This document shows, piece by piece, positions 17,129 through 26,533 of a DNA stretch of 32,000 nt. How positions within the stretch are numbered: the first letter of the stretch is position 1; each line of letters opens with the position of its first letter. The translations under genes were made by a program, and so were the position numbers. The notes below the pieces were generated by a model. That model ran no database searches, was not told the DNA's origin, and saw only the letters and a program-made list of their open reading frames with translations. This DNA is from an uncultured Gemmatimonadota bacterium (GTDB taxonomy: Bacteria > GCA-2686955 > CAYMWF01), in NCBI GenBank assembly GCA_964394085.1, contig CAYMWF010000025.1:1-32000 (forward strand), in the 5' to 3' direction.

Positions 17129-17671
17129 ATGGACATATTCGGCGGACTCGCAACGGCTTACACCGGACAGGAAGGCGCAGTGGGCGATTTTTCTCCACTC
17201 TTCGCTGCGGTTCGCCTTGCGGCGGGGTTCCTCGTGACAGCCGGTATCTGTGTAATCTTCCTCTGGTTTCTCAGGAAGATCCAGCGAGGCTCCCTGAAAA
17301 AAGACGGTGAAGATTACGGCTCCATCACCGTCGTCGCCAGGGCGTATCTGTCACCGAAAAAACCCCTCTACCTGGTCAAGGTAAACAATCGTCTCCTGCT
17401 GCTGGCGGACTCGCCGAACGGGCTGACCAGACTCACGGAATTCAAGGGAGACTCTCAGCGGGACGGAATCGGCTCCGGCGCAATCATGGAGGAACTGGAA
17501 ACAGAAGGGGAAAACGGCGGTTCGATCTACTCCGACTCTGATACAGACGAATCCGCAAACCTCGACACCAGGATATCGCCCGGGCCGGGCCGGGTGAAGG
17601 GCACTGATTTCAAAACGCTCATCGAACGGGCTCTGAGCGTCCGGAAAAAAGGCAAGGTAAACAGAAAATGA
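17129..17671 (+). CDS. fliO: Flagellar biosynthetic protein FliO
   Basis: Single TM followed by 'GSITVVARAYLSPKKPLYLVKVNNRLLLLADSPNGLTRLTEF', immediately upstream of fliP. Confidence 0.85.
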   Translation: MDIFGGLATAYTGQEGAVGDFSPLFAAVRLAAGFLVTAGICVIFLWFLRKIQRGSLKKDGEDYGSITVVARAYLSPKKPLYLVKVNNRLLLLADSPNGLTRLTEFKGDSQRDGIGSGAIMEELETEGENGGSIYSDSDTDESANLDTRISPGPGRVKGTDFKTLIERALSVRKKGKVNRK

Positions 17672-18438
17672 AGAGAAGGGCCGGGAAAAAAGCGGCAATC
17701 GCCGGAGCCGTATTTCTTGCAGCGATTCTGCTTTTCGTTTTCACGCCGGATGCCGCCGCCCAGGCGCTTCCGAAAATAACCCTCGGCCTGGACAAGGTCG
17801 AAGAGCCCGAAGAGTTTTCGGTAGCGCTCCAGATCCTGATTCTGCTCACGGTCCTGTCGCTGGCGCCGGCAATCCTGGTGCTTACGACTTCATTTACCAG
17901 GATACTGGTGATCTTTTCGTTCCTGCGCCATGCGCTCGCGACCCAGCAGATGCCGCCGAACCAGATCCTGGTGGGGCTCTCGCTTTTCCTTACTTTCTTC
18001 GTTATGAAGCCGGTATTCCACGAGATGAATGAAACGGGAATAAAACCTTATCTGGCCAGTGAAATAACCCAGACGGAAGCGCTGAAACGCGCGGAAGTGC
18101 CTCTGAGGGAATTCATGCTCAGAAATGTGCGCGAGAAGGATCTCGGGCTCTTCATAAGCCTTTCCGGCGGAACGAAACCGAACGGGCCGGAGGATCTTTC
18201 GCTCTTCCAGATCATTCCGGCGTTCGTAATCAGCGAGCTTCGCATCGCGTTCCAGATAGGATTCCTGATCTATGTTCCTTTTCTCGTGGTGGACATGATC
18301 GTTTCAAGTGTTCTCATGTCGATGGGTATGCTGATGCTGCCCCCCATCGTAATCTCGCTGCCGTTCAAGATCCTGCTCTTCGTGCTGACCGACGGGTGGT
18401 ATCTGCTCACCCGTTCTCTTGTAGGCAGTTTTTCTTAG
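17668..18438 (+). CDS. fliP: Flagellar biosynthetic protein FliP
   Basis: Signal peptide, then 'LTVLSLAPAILVLTTSFTRILVIFSFLRHALATQQMPPNQILVGLSLFLTFFVMKPVF'. Confidence 0.98.
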   Translation: MKRRAGKKAAIAGAVFLAAILLFVFTPDAAAQALPKITLGLDKVEEPEEFSVALQILILLTVLSLAPAILVLTTSFTRILVIFSFLRHALATQQMPPNQILVGLSLFLTFFVMKPVFHEMNETGIKPYLASEITQTEALKRAEVPLREFMLRNVREKDLGLFISLSGGTKPNGPEDLSLFQIIPAFVISELRIAFQIGFLIYVPFLVVDMIVSSVLMSMGMLMLPPIVISLPFKILLFVLTDGWYLLTRSLVGSFS

Positions 18439-18452
18439 CGGAGGTGCGTGCC

Positions 18453-18722
18453 ATGACGGAAGAATTCATCGTAACGATTGCAAAAAGCGCGCTCACGACA
18501 ACTTTTTTCAGCGCTCTTCCGATGCTGGCGGCGGGGCTCACGGCGGGGCTGCTCGTCGGCATCCTCCAGGCCGTGACCCAGGTTCATGAAATGACGCTCA
18601 CTTTTATACCGAAGATTCTGGCTGTCGGAGTGTCGCTGATGCTGTTTCTTCCATGGATCATGCACACGCTCATGGCCTTCACCAGCAAGGTGTTCAATAC
18701 GATACCATCGATCGCCCTATGA
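18453..18722 (+). CDS. fliQ: Flagellar biosynthetic protein FliQ
   Basis: 'MTEEFIVTIAKSALTTTFFSALPMLAAGLTAGLLVGILQAVTQVHEMTLTFIPKILAVGVSLMLFLPWIM'. ATG at 18453 with gcggagg upstream. Confidence 0.96.
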   Translation: MTEEFIVTIAKSALTTTFFSALPMLAAGLTAGLLVGILQAVTQVHEMTLTFIPKILAVGVSLMLFLPWIMHTLMAFTSKVFNTIPSIAL

Positions 18723-19504
18723 TGACGGACTGGCTCACCATATCGCTCGATCAGCTTTGCAGGTTCGCGATAGTCTTCCTGCGGGTCAGCATAGTTCTGT
18801 CGCTTGCGCCCATTTTCAATTCACGCAGCTTTCCGACGACGGCGAGACTCGGGTTCGCCCTGATCCTGTCTTTTCTCCTTTCAGGCGTGGTCGAAGCCCC
18901 TTCCCTCCTCGGCATGGGAGCCGGAGATATCGTGCTTATGGGAGTCAGGGAACTCTTAGCGGGAGCCCTGTTCGGATTTTCCATCCACCTGCTTTTCGTC
19001 GGCGTCCAGATCGCCGGACAGGTGACCGGGATGATGATGGGCTTCGCCATCGTGAACGTGTTCGATCCGCAGTCGCAGTCGCAGACATCCCTGATCAGCC
19101 AGTTCAAGTACATCCTCGCGCTCCTTCTCTTCCTCGCCCTGAACGGTCATCACTTTGTCATCGAGGGGCTCGTGCAGAGCTTCTCGCTGCTTCCCGTCGG
19201 GACGGCGACCATGTCGGTCGCCGCGGTCGAGATGCTGATCGAACGGAGCAGCGAAGTGTTCGTTATCGCCATGAAGATCGCGGCGCCCGGAATGGTTTCT
19301 CTGCTGGTGCTCGACGTCGCCCTGGGCCTGATCGCGAAAACGGTTCCCCAGATGAACATCTTCATCGTCGGGTTTCCGCTCAAGATCGGGCTGGGAATGA
19401 TAAGCCTCGGCTTCTCCCTGCCCTTCATCGTGATCCTCTTCAGGGGGATGTGGTTGTCGGTGCAGACAGGCAGCACGGCTCTACTTAGAGCCATGGGAGT
19501 ATAA
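18719..19504 (+). CDS. fliR: Flagellar biosynthetic protein FliR
   Basis: Multi-TM protein 'FLRVSIVLSLAPIFNSRSFPTTARLGFALILSFLLSGVV...GELLAGALFGFSIHLLFVGVQIAGQVTGMMMGFAIVNVFDPQS'. ATG at 18719 (or 18722) overlaps the fliQ stop. Confidence 0.95.
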   Translation: MMTDWLTISLDQLCRFAIVFLRVSIVLSLAPIFNSRSFPTTARLGFALILSFLLSGVVEAPSLLGMGAGDIVLMGVRELLAGALFGFSIHLLFVGVQIAGQVTGMMMGFAIVNVFDPQSQSQTSLISQFKYILALLLFLALNGHHFVIEGLVQSFSLLPVGTATMSVAAVEMLIERSSEVFVIAMKIAAPGMVSLLVLDVALGLIAKTVPQMNIFIVGFPLKIGLGMISLGFSLPFIVILFRGMWLSVQTGSTALLRAMGV

Positions 19505-19507
19505 AAC

Positions 19508-20575
19508 GTGCCTGAAGGCAGTCTACAGGAACGAACAGAGCAGGCGACTCCGAAAAAACGCCGCGAATCCCGCCAGAAGGGCCAGGTGGCGAAAAGCATG
19601 GAGGTGAACTCCTTTGCCGTGCTGCTTGCCGGAGCCATCTGCATTTCTTTCCTGGGGGGTTACGTCGGAACCGGGATCCTGACCATATTCGACCATGTAT
19701 TCAGGAACGCGTTCAGCCTTGGTCTGAACACCGGCACCCTGCAGAACCTGTACATGACGGTAGCAGGAAAATTCGCGCTCATCTTCGCCCCCGTCGCCCT
19801 GCTGCTGGCACTGGCCGCCCTGGGCAGCAACCTGCTCCAGATAGGTTTCGTGTTCAGCGCCGATCCCCTTACCCCGAAACTTGAAAAAATCAGCCCCCTC
19901 AAGGGATTCGAACGGATCGTCTCCAAGAGTACCCTCATGGAGCTTCTGAAAAGCTTCCTGAAGATAGGCGCGGTGGGCCTGGTCGCTTGGCTGACGATCA
20001 AAGGCGAGCTGGAGAACTTCTTTCCTCTCGTGGATGAAAGCCTCTTCGCGCTGGTCGCCATGATCAGGCATTCGATACTGCTCATCCTCACCAGGGTGAT
20101 TCTCGTCCTTGCGGTCATCGCGCTGCTCGACTTCGCGTTCCAGCGCCAGCGGCACGAAGAGAAGCTGAAGATGACGAAGCAGGAAGTGAAAGAAGAATAC
20201 AAAGAAACCGAAGGGGATCCTCTCATAAAGAGCAGAGCCCGCTCCATCGCAAGGCAGCTCGCGATGAGCAGGATGATGCAGGACGTGCCTGATGCGGATG
20301 TTGTAGTCACCAACCCGACCAGGCTCGCGGTAGCCATCTCATACAAGGATGAATCGATGCAGGCTCCGGTGGTGGTGGCCAAGGGAGCGGAAAAGATGGC
20401 GGCAAGAATCAGGGAGATAGCCCGGAACCACGACGTTCCGATAATGGAGAACAAGCCCCTGGCCCAGGTTCTCTACAGGGAAGTGGAGATCGGCGACTCG
20501 ATTCCGGCCAGGCTTTACGAAGCGGTGGCCGAGGTCCTGGCTTACGTATACATGCTTAAAAAGAGAAGGGCTTAA
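19508..20575 (+). CDS. flhB: Flagellar biosynthetic protein FlhB
   Basis: 'QERTEQATPKKRRESRQKGQVAKSMEV' and the C-terminal switch domain 'DVVVTNPTRLAVAISYKDESMQAPVVVAKGAEKMAARIREIARNHDVPIMENKPLAQVLY'. GTG start. Confidence 0.97.
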   Translation: MPEGSLQERTEQATPKKRRESRQKGQVAKSMEVNSFAVLLAGAICISFLGGYVGTGILTIFDHVFRNAFSLGLNTGTLQNLYMTVAGKFALIFAPVALLLALAALGSNLLQIGFVFSADPLTPKLEKISPLKGFERIVSKSTLMELLKSFLKIGAVGLVAWLTIKGELENFFPLVDESLFALVAMIRHSILLILTRVILVLAVIALLDFAFQRQRHEEKLKMTKQEVKEEYKETEGDPLIKSRARSIARQLAMSRMMQDVPDADVVVTNPTRLAVAISYKDESMQAPVVVAKGAEKMAARIREIARNHDVPIMENKPLAQVLYREVEIGDSIPARLYEAVAEVLAYVYMLKKRRA

Positions 20576-22675
20576 ATGGCAGGCGAAACCCAGGGAAGCA
20601 GCGTACTAGACTTCATAGTCAAACGGAGCGACATCCTGATCGCCGTGGGAATCATCTCGATCATCGGCGTGATGATCATCCCGCTGCCTCCTTACGTGCT
20701 GGACCTCCTCCTTTCGTTCTCGATTACATTCGCACTCGTCGTCCTGCTCGTAACGCTCTACACCTATGAGCCGCTGGAATTATCGGTATTCCCCGGCCTC
20801 CTGCTCGTCCTGACCCTCTACCGCCTGGCCCTCAACGTGGCGTCCACGCGGCTCATCCTGCTGAAAGCGGAGCCGGGCAAGGTGATCTCGTCCTTCGGAG
20901 AATTCGTTGTCGGAGGCAATTACGTTGTCGGTCTCGTGATTTTCATCATCCTCGTGGTGATCCAGTTCGTGGTGATCACCAAGGGCGCGGGACGGATCGC
21001 CGAAGTTTCCGCCAGGTTCACTCTCGATGCCATGCCCGGCAAGCAGATGGCGATCGACGCCGATCTGAACGCGGGGCTGATCGACGAAGAGGCCGCCCGG
21101 ACCCGGAGAGCCACGATATCGAGGGAAGCCGACTTCTACGGAGCGATGGACGGTGCCAGCAAGTTCGTCCGCGGCGACGCCATCGCCGGCATCATCATCA
21201 CTCTCATCAACATACTCGGCGGTTTCATCATCGGGATGGCCCAGCGGGGTCTTTCCATGGGCGAGGCCCTCGAAACCTATACCATTCTCACGGTCGGAGA
21301 CGGGCTCGTCAGCCAGATTCCCGCGCTTCTCATTTCAACGGCGGCGGGCATCATCATATCCCGGGCAGCTTCGGATTCGAATCTCGGAACCGACATGATC
21401 AACCAGCTCTTCGCGCAACCCAGGGCTATCCTGATCGCCGCCTTCCTCCTCATGGTTCTGGGCATTATTCCGGGTCTGCCCACCACTCCATTCTTTATCC
21501 TGGCGGGCACTTCGGGCGCCGTCGGACTGCTTCTCGTCCAGTCCAAAAGCCGGAGCGAAAAGGAAAAAATCAGGGAGACAAAAGCCCGGGAGGAGGAGGC
21601 GGAGAGGGATCGGGAGGCATCGAGGGAAAGTGCGGAGGCCGTCCTCGCGGACCTGCTCAGGGTCGAGCGGATGGAACTCGAAATCGGATACGGCCTGATT
21701 CCCCTCGTGGACCGATCGCAGAAAGGCGACCTTCTCGACAGGATAACCCTCATCCGCAAACAGATAGCATCGGAACTCGGCCTCCTGGTTCCTCTCATCC
21801 GGATCAGGGACAATATCCAGCTCAAGCCGAGCCAGTACAGCATCAAGATCCGGGGTGACGAGGTGGCGGCGGGTGAAATGGTGATGAACCATTTCATGGC
21901 CCTCGATCCCGGCCTGGCGAAAGGCAAGATCGAAGGCATTCCAACCAAGGAACCCGTATTCGGGCTCGATGCCATATGGGTACACAGAAAGAACCGCGAC
22001 CGGGCCGAGCGTCTCGGCTACACGGTGATCGAACCGGCGGCCGTGCTGGCCACGCACCTTACGGAAGTCATAAAAAGCAGCGCCGCCGAACTGCTGACCC
22101 GCCAGGATGTAAAGGACCTGGTCGAGAATATTCAGGAAGAAAATCCGGCTCTCGTGGAAGAGCTGGTTCCCGCGCAGCTGACTTACGGCAGCCTTCAGCG
22201 AATCCTGCAGCATCTGCTCCAGGAAAAAGTCCCGATAAGGAATCTCCAGACGATTCTGGAAACCATCTCGGAAACCGTGACCCTCAGCACGGATATCGAG
22301 TTCATATCGGAGATGGTCCGCCGTTCGCTGTCCCGTTCTATAATCAATCCGCTCCTTACGGGCGAGGGTGTTCTGGAGGTTGTCACGCTGAGCCCGGATC
22401 TCGAGCAGGTCCTTGCGGGAGCGATCAAAGATGTACAGGGAGGCCGCGCCATAGTCCTGGAACCCGATGTTTCGGCCGGCATCATGCGAAATGTCGCTGA
22501 AGCCCTTGAAAAACTGATCAGAGAACAGAAGGCGCCCGTGATACTGACATCGCCGGCAACGAGACTCTATTTATGGAAACTGCTGTCGCCGATGGTGCCG
22601 AATCTCGCCGTAATCTCCTACAACGAGATTCCAGCCAACATTCCCGTGAATTCGGAGAAGATGGTGAAGGTATAG
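20576..22675 (+). CDS. flhA: Flagellar biosynthesis protein FlhA
   Basis: 'LPPYVLDLLLSFSITFALVVLLVTLYTYEPLELSVFPGLLLVLTLYRLALNVASTRLILL' and the FHIPEP-region-like 'RIAEVSARFTLDAMPGKQMAIDADLNAGLIDEEAARTRRATISREADFYGAMDGASKFVRGDAIAGIIITLIN'. Confidence 0.99.
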   Translation: MAGETQGSSVLDFIVKRSDILIAVGIISIIGVMIIPLPPYVLDLLLSFSITFALVVLLVTLYTYEPLELSVFPGLLLVLTLYRLALNVASTRLILLKAEPGKVISSFGEFVVGGNYVVGLVIFIILVVIQFVVITKGAGRIAEVSARFTLDAMPGKQMAIDADLNAGLIDEEAARTRRATISREADFYGAMDGASKFVRGDAIAGIIITLINILGGFIIGMAQRGLSMGEALETYTILTVGDGLVSQIPALLISTAAGIIISRAASDSNLGTDMINQLFAQPRAILIAAFLLMVLGIIPGLPTTPFFILAGTSGAVGLLLVQSKSRSEKEKIRETKAREEEAERDREASRESAEAVLADLLRVERMELEIGYGLIPLVDRSQKGDLLDRITLIRKQIASELGLLVPLIRIRDNIQLKPSQYSIKIRGDEVAAGEMVMNHFMALDPGLAKGKIEGIPTKEPVFGLDAIWVHRKNRDRAERLGYTVIEPAAVLATHLTEVIKSSAAELLTRQDVKDLVENIQEENPALVEELVPAQLTYGSLQRILQHLLQEKVPIRNLQTILETISETVTLSTDIEFISEMVRRSLSRSIINPLLTGEGVLEVVTLSPDLEQVLAGAIKDVQGGRAIVLEPDVSAGIMRNVAEALEKLIREQKAPVILTSPATRLYLWKLLSPMVPNLAVISYNEIPANIPVNSEKMVKV

Positions 22676-22676
22676 T

Positions 22677-23957
22677 ATGAAAATCAAAACATTCAGAGGG
22701 AAGAATCTCGGGGACGTTCTCTCCCGGGTCAGAAATGAACTTGGAGAAAACGCCGTTATCCTGGACACGAAAACTCTTTCAGGTTCGGTCCTCGAAGTAT
22801 CGGCCGGTGTTGAAAACGACACTGCCGTCGAGCGGGACCGTCCTCCCCGGTTTCAACGAACGGAGAACCTCCCGCAGAGGATCGTCGGGACAGGGGAACA
22901 GGATTACCGGGCCGCGGAAGAGATGCCGGCCGGATCTCCGTCACCCCGCATCCGTCCGGCAGTGTTTCCGCGGATCGTTACGGAGCAGAAACGTTCCGCA
23001 CAACCCGCTGCCGGGATTGGGGACGTGCAGAACTCTCCCGGGATCGTCGATATCGATCGCAGGTTGATAGAAATAGAGAAAAAAATCGGCGGCACCCCGG
23101 ATACGGGCGTCAAAGGCGACATTCCGCCAAAGACTCCCCCGCTTCCGCCGGGCGGAGACCCGGAATTCCTCAGGTGGATGCGCGAACGGGAAATCGACCC
23201 GTCATTATACAAGGCTTCGGGAGCCGAGACGACCCGCGATGCTTCGCTCGAGACAAAAATCGCGGTATTCCGCAAAGCGCTGACGGGCAAACTGCGGGTG
23301 GCCCCGGTTTTCACCTCGCCCGGGCGGGACGGACCGATGAAGATGGCCCTGGTGGGCCCGACCGGTTCGGGAAAAACCACGACAATAGCGAAACTCGCTT
23401 CATGGCTTACAATCAAGAAGAGGAAAAAAGTCGCGCTTCTGACACTCGATACATTCCGCATAGGGGCGGCTCGCCAGCTGGAGACTTATGCCGAGATACT
23501 GCAGATACCCTTCAGCGTGGTCAGAGATGCGGAAAGCATCCGCTTCGCCCTGGGCTCTTTCGGCAGCCGCGACGTGATCCTTATCGACACCACGGGCCGG
23601 AATCCCTATCGAACGGAGGAGATACAGCATCTCACACGGATGCTGAAAGCGACCCGCGTGGATGAAATACACATAACTCTCCCTGCCACGCATACATACC
23701 GTTATCTCAGAGCGGCATGGCTGAGTTACCGGAGAACCGGCGGGGACCGGCTTATCGTGACCAAGCTCGACGAAGCTCCGGCATGCGGACAGCTGTTGAA
23801 CCTGGTCCGGGAGTTCAATCCCCAGTTCACGTTTCAGACATTCGGCCAGATGGTGCCCGATGATTTCCGTCCGGCCGATCCGGCACGGATCGTCAATCGG
23901 ATATTTGGAGCAGGAGACCATGCAAGATCAGGCGCAGCTGTTACGTCGGCAAGTTGA
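22677..23957 (+). CDS. flhF: Flagellar biosynthesis SRP-family GTPase FlhF
   Basis: 'MKIKTFRGKNLGDVLSRVRNELGENAVILDTKT', G1 'VGPTGSGKTTTIAKLASWL', 'DTFRIGAARQLETYAEILQIP', 'DTTGRNP', 'VTKLDEAPACGQLLNL'. Confidence 0.96.
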   Translation: MKIKTFRGKNLGDVLSRVRNELGENAVILDTKTLSGSVLEVSAGVENDTAVERDRPPRFQRTENLPQRIVGTGEQDYRAAEEMPAGSPSPRIRPAVFPRIVTEQKRSAQPAAGIGDVQNSPGIVDIDRRLIEIEKKIGGTPDTGVKGDIPPKTPPLPPGGDPEFLRWMREREIDPSLYKASGAETTRDASLETKIAVFRKALTGKLRVAPVFTSPGRDGPMKMALVGPTGSGKTTTIAKLASWLTIKKRKKVALLTLDTFRIGAARQLETYAEILQIPFSVVRDAESIRFALGSFGSRDVILIDTTGRNPYRTEEIQHLTRMLKATRVDEIHITLPATHTYRYLRAAWLSYRRTGGDRLIVTKLDEAPACGQLLNLVREFNPQFTFQTFGQMVPDDFRPADPARIVNRIFGAGDHARSGAAVTSAS

Positions 23958-24771
23958 GCAGACGATGCCGTCGGCCGGTCAGTCACGCACCGCAGGCACA
24001 CCGATAATCACCGTGACGAGCGGCAAAGGCGGAGTCGGTAAAACTTCGATCGCGGTCAACCTTGCGACGGCCCTCGCCTCGTTCCCGTTCGATGTATTCC
24101 TGGCCGACGCGGATGTAGGCTTCAACGGTTTCGACGCCTCCATGGGGATCGACAGCAGCGGTAGCCTGGAGGATGAATACCCCGACCCGGACAGGATTCA
24201 GAAGAGAATCGTGGAAGGACCCCTGGGAATGAAAATCCTGCCGGCTCCGAAAGAAGATCCCTTCGTGACGGAGTCGGACCGGGTCTACAGGGACAATCTC
24301 GTAAGATGTCTGAAATTTCTCGCGGGATCTGGGGATGTGGCCGTCATCGACACGCCGGGAGGCGCGGGAAGATGGAATATCGAATTCACGCTCCTGGCCG
24401 ACCTGGTCCTCCTCGTCACATCTTGCGATCCGGCATCGATCGCGGATACGGCCGGCATGTTCCGGTTCCTGGAACGCCGCATTTCGCCGGATCGGGTGAG
24501 GCTGGTGGCCAATATGGTCGCAACGGAAGACGATCTCGACAGGATCGAGGAATTGTCACGGACGATCAGAAAAAATTCCTCCGGCAAAGCAAGTGTCGGC
24601 TTCGCTCCATTCATCCGAAAAGATGCAACCGTAGAGGATGCGATAAAGCGACGGGAGATCTTTCTGCTCGAATATCCTGAAAGCGATGCGTCCAGCGATA
24701 TTCTCCTGCTTGCGGATTACATTGTCAGGTTTCTTGAACTCGTTTCGCCCGGCTATCGGGAAGGTGTGTGA
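23920..24771 (+). CDS. flhG: FlhG/FleN-type MinD-like ATPase
   Basis: N-terminal 'MQDQAQLLRRQVEQT' (DQAxxLR activator-like motif), deviant Walker A 'VTSGKGGVGKTSIAVNLA', 'DADVGFNGFDASMGI', 'DTPGGAGR'. ATG at 23920 inside the flhF 3' end. Confidence 0.92.
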   Translation: MQDQAQLLRRQVEQTMPSAGQSRTAGTPIITVTSGKGGVGKTSIAVNLATALASFPFDVFLADADVGFNGFDASMGIDSSGSLEDEYPDPDRIQKRIVEGPLGMKILPAPKEDPFVTESDRVYRDNLVRCLKFLAGSGDVAVIDTPGGAGRWNIEFTLLADLVLLVTSCDPASIADTAGMFRFLERRISPDRVRLVANMVATEDDLDRIEELSRTIRKNSSGKASVGFAPFIRKDATVEDAIKRREIFLLEYPESDASSDILLLADYIVRFLELVSPGYREGV

Positions 24772-24774
24772 ATT

Positions 24775-25569
24775 ATGTCAGCCAGCGCAAACGCGAAAGA
24801 AAAGAACGTCAGTAAAGCCTGGAAAGCGTATATGTCGACCGGGAGTATCGAGACCAGGAACAAACTGATCGAAGAGTACCTTCCTCTCGTTTCCATCATA
24901 GCCAGCAAGGTCTCGATCACTCTCCCCGCACATATAGAAGTCGACGATCTCAAGGCGGTGGGCGTCCTCGGATTGATCAACGCCATCGATCGGTTCGACG
25001 CGAGTCGCGGGTTTGCATTTAAAACCTTCGCCCATTCACGGGTGTTCGGCGCCATGATGGACTGGCTGAGATCCATGGACTGGGTGCCGCGCACCGTTCG
25101 ACAGAAAGCGAAATCACTCGAAACAGCCTGCAGCAAGCTGGAACAGGAACTGGGCAGAACCCCGACGGACGAGGAACTGGCCCGGGAACTGGATCTCGAT
25201 GCGAACGAACTGCACAAACTGATGAGTGAGGTGTCGGGTCTCTCGCTCCTTTCGCTGGAGCACAAATTCACCTCGGAGAGCGGAGAAGGCTCAGTCACCC
25301 TTCTCGATATGGTAGAGAGCACCCATTCGGTGAATCCGATGGAGGAGATGGAGGATGGAGAGTTCAAGAAACACCTGACCGAGCAGATCGATGCCCTGCC
25401 GGAGAAGGAAAAACTCGTCCTCGCCCTCTACTACTACGAAGAACTGACTCTCAAGGAAATCGGCGCGATACTGGAGCTCTCGGAATCCAGGATATCGCAG
25501 ATCCACACAGCCGCCATAGTAAGGTTGAAAGCGAAGATGGCGGCGCCGACCGGAGTTCTGGTCAAATGA
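24775..25569 (+). CDS. fliA: Flagellar RNA polymerase sigma factor (FliA/WhiG, sigma28 type)
   Basis: 'LIEEYLPLVSIIASKVSITLPAHIEVDDLKAVGVLGLINAIDRFDASRGFAFKTFAHSRVFGAMMDWLRSMDWVPRTVRQKAK' and region 4 'LPEKEKLVLALYYYEELTLKEIGAILELSESRISQIHTAAIVRLK'. Confidence 0.95.
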   Translation: MSASANAKEKNVSKAWKAYMSTGSIETRNKLIEEYLPLVSIIASKVSITLPAHIEVDDLKAVGVLGLINAIDRFDASRGFAFKTFAHSRVFGAMMDWLRSMDWVPRTVRQKAKSLETACSKLEQELGRTPTDEELARELDLDANELHKLMSEVSGLSLLSLEHKFTSESGEGSVTLLDMVESTHSVNPMEEMEDGEFKKHLTEQIDALPEKEKLVLALYYYEELTLKEIGAILELSESRISQIHTAAIVRLKAKMAAPTGVLVK

Positions 25570-25904
25570 CTCGCCCGATCGAATTGCAGCAGATGATTTC
25601 GCAGGCCAAGGCCGCGGAAAAAATGCAGCGGGTCGCTCAGCACCAGCCCGCCGAGGAGCAGAAAAAGTTCGCCAAAGATCTCGAAGAGAAGTCGAAGCAG
25701 GCCACGGAAAAACCGACCGACGCCGAGGGGAGCGAGCAGGCGACGATAAAAGACCGGCAGGATAAAAAGAACGAGCGGAAAAAAGATGAGAAAAAAAAGA
25801 ACCGCAAGAGCGGAAAGCAGAAAAAGGCAGACCCCGAAAAGCATGCGGATGGTCAAAAAGATGAAGATATACCGATCGGAGGAGTCGTCGACATCAGGGC
25901 GTAG
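25566..25904 (+). CDS. Lys/Glu-rich small hypothetical protein, coupled to the sigma factor gene
   Basis: 112-aa ORF 'MTRPIELQQMISQAKAAEKMQRVAQHQPAEEQKKF...KKNERKKDEKKKNRKSGKQKK...'; 4-nt overlap with fliA. Confidence 0.75.
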   Translation: MTRPIELQQMISQAKAAEKMQRVAQHQPAEEQKKFAKDLEEKSKQATEKPTDAEGSEQATIKDRQDKKNERKKDEKKKNRKSGKQKKADPEKHADGQKDEDIPIGGVVDIRA

Positions 25905-26484
25905 GGGTTATTTCACGGGTTTATTCCTCGTGATCATGACCATTTCAGCCGGATGCGGTCCGAAGGATCTCCCGCCGGTTACCGAGAGACCGGGAATCGA
26001 CGTGATGGTCGTTTACGGCGAAGGCACGGAATGCCCGCCGAACCCGGAAGCGATACTCGCTGAAATATTCGAAACGACACCCGAGTTCTCAGCGGTAAGA
26101 ATTTACGGAGCGCAGCAGCTGCCGGAGTGGTCCAAGGTTGATCCTCCGGGCGCTTCCCCCTTTCTTCTCTGCCATATCACCGGTGGGAATCGTTCGTGGA
26201 AACGTGGACCGTATATCCCGTGGATCGTCGATTTCCCCTCGATATCGAGTGAGTTCAGGGCCAGGGCGGTATATTACCCCCCCGGCGGAACACCCGTCGA
26301 AAACTACGATATCAGCGGTGCGAGCCGGCTGCGGCTCGGCATCCGCTTTACACCGGTGAGACCGGCGGAATACGAGTTGTGGCCCGGCGAGGCCGCGCTT
26401 GCAAGATCCAGAGAAACCGCGTTCCGGAAACTTTGTCTGGAGCTGGGGCGGATGGCGGGACGGCTGTCCCGGTCGGAGGATTGA
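25861..26484 (+). CDS. Putative lipoprotein of unknown function
   Basis: Signal peptide with lipobox-like 'RRGYFTGLFLVIMTISAGCG', then ~180 aa secreted region. The ORF track start is 25786; ATG at 25861 is the more plausible start. Co-directional in the operon. Confidence 0.65.
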   Translation: MKIYRSEESSTSGRRGYFTGLFLVIMTISAGCGPKDLPPVTERPGIDVMVVYGEGTECPPNPEAILAEIFETTPEFSAVRIYGAQQLPEWSKVDPPGASPFLLCHITGGNRSWKRGPYIPWIVDFPSISSEFRARAVYYPPGGTPVENYDISGASRLRLGIRFTPVRPAEYELWPGEAALARSRETAFRKLCLELGRMAGRLSRSED

Positions 26485-26533
26485 TCCGCCGCTCGAAGCC
26501 GCTCAGAGGTCAGAGCGGCAGGAGGAAAGGTTC

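Noticed and set aside
21335-22213. Minus-strand ORF (292 aa) opposite flhA
   Set aside because: Antisense shadow ORF in GC-rich sequence; no recognisable motifs or separate gene context.
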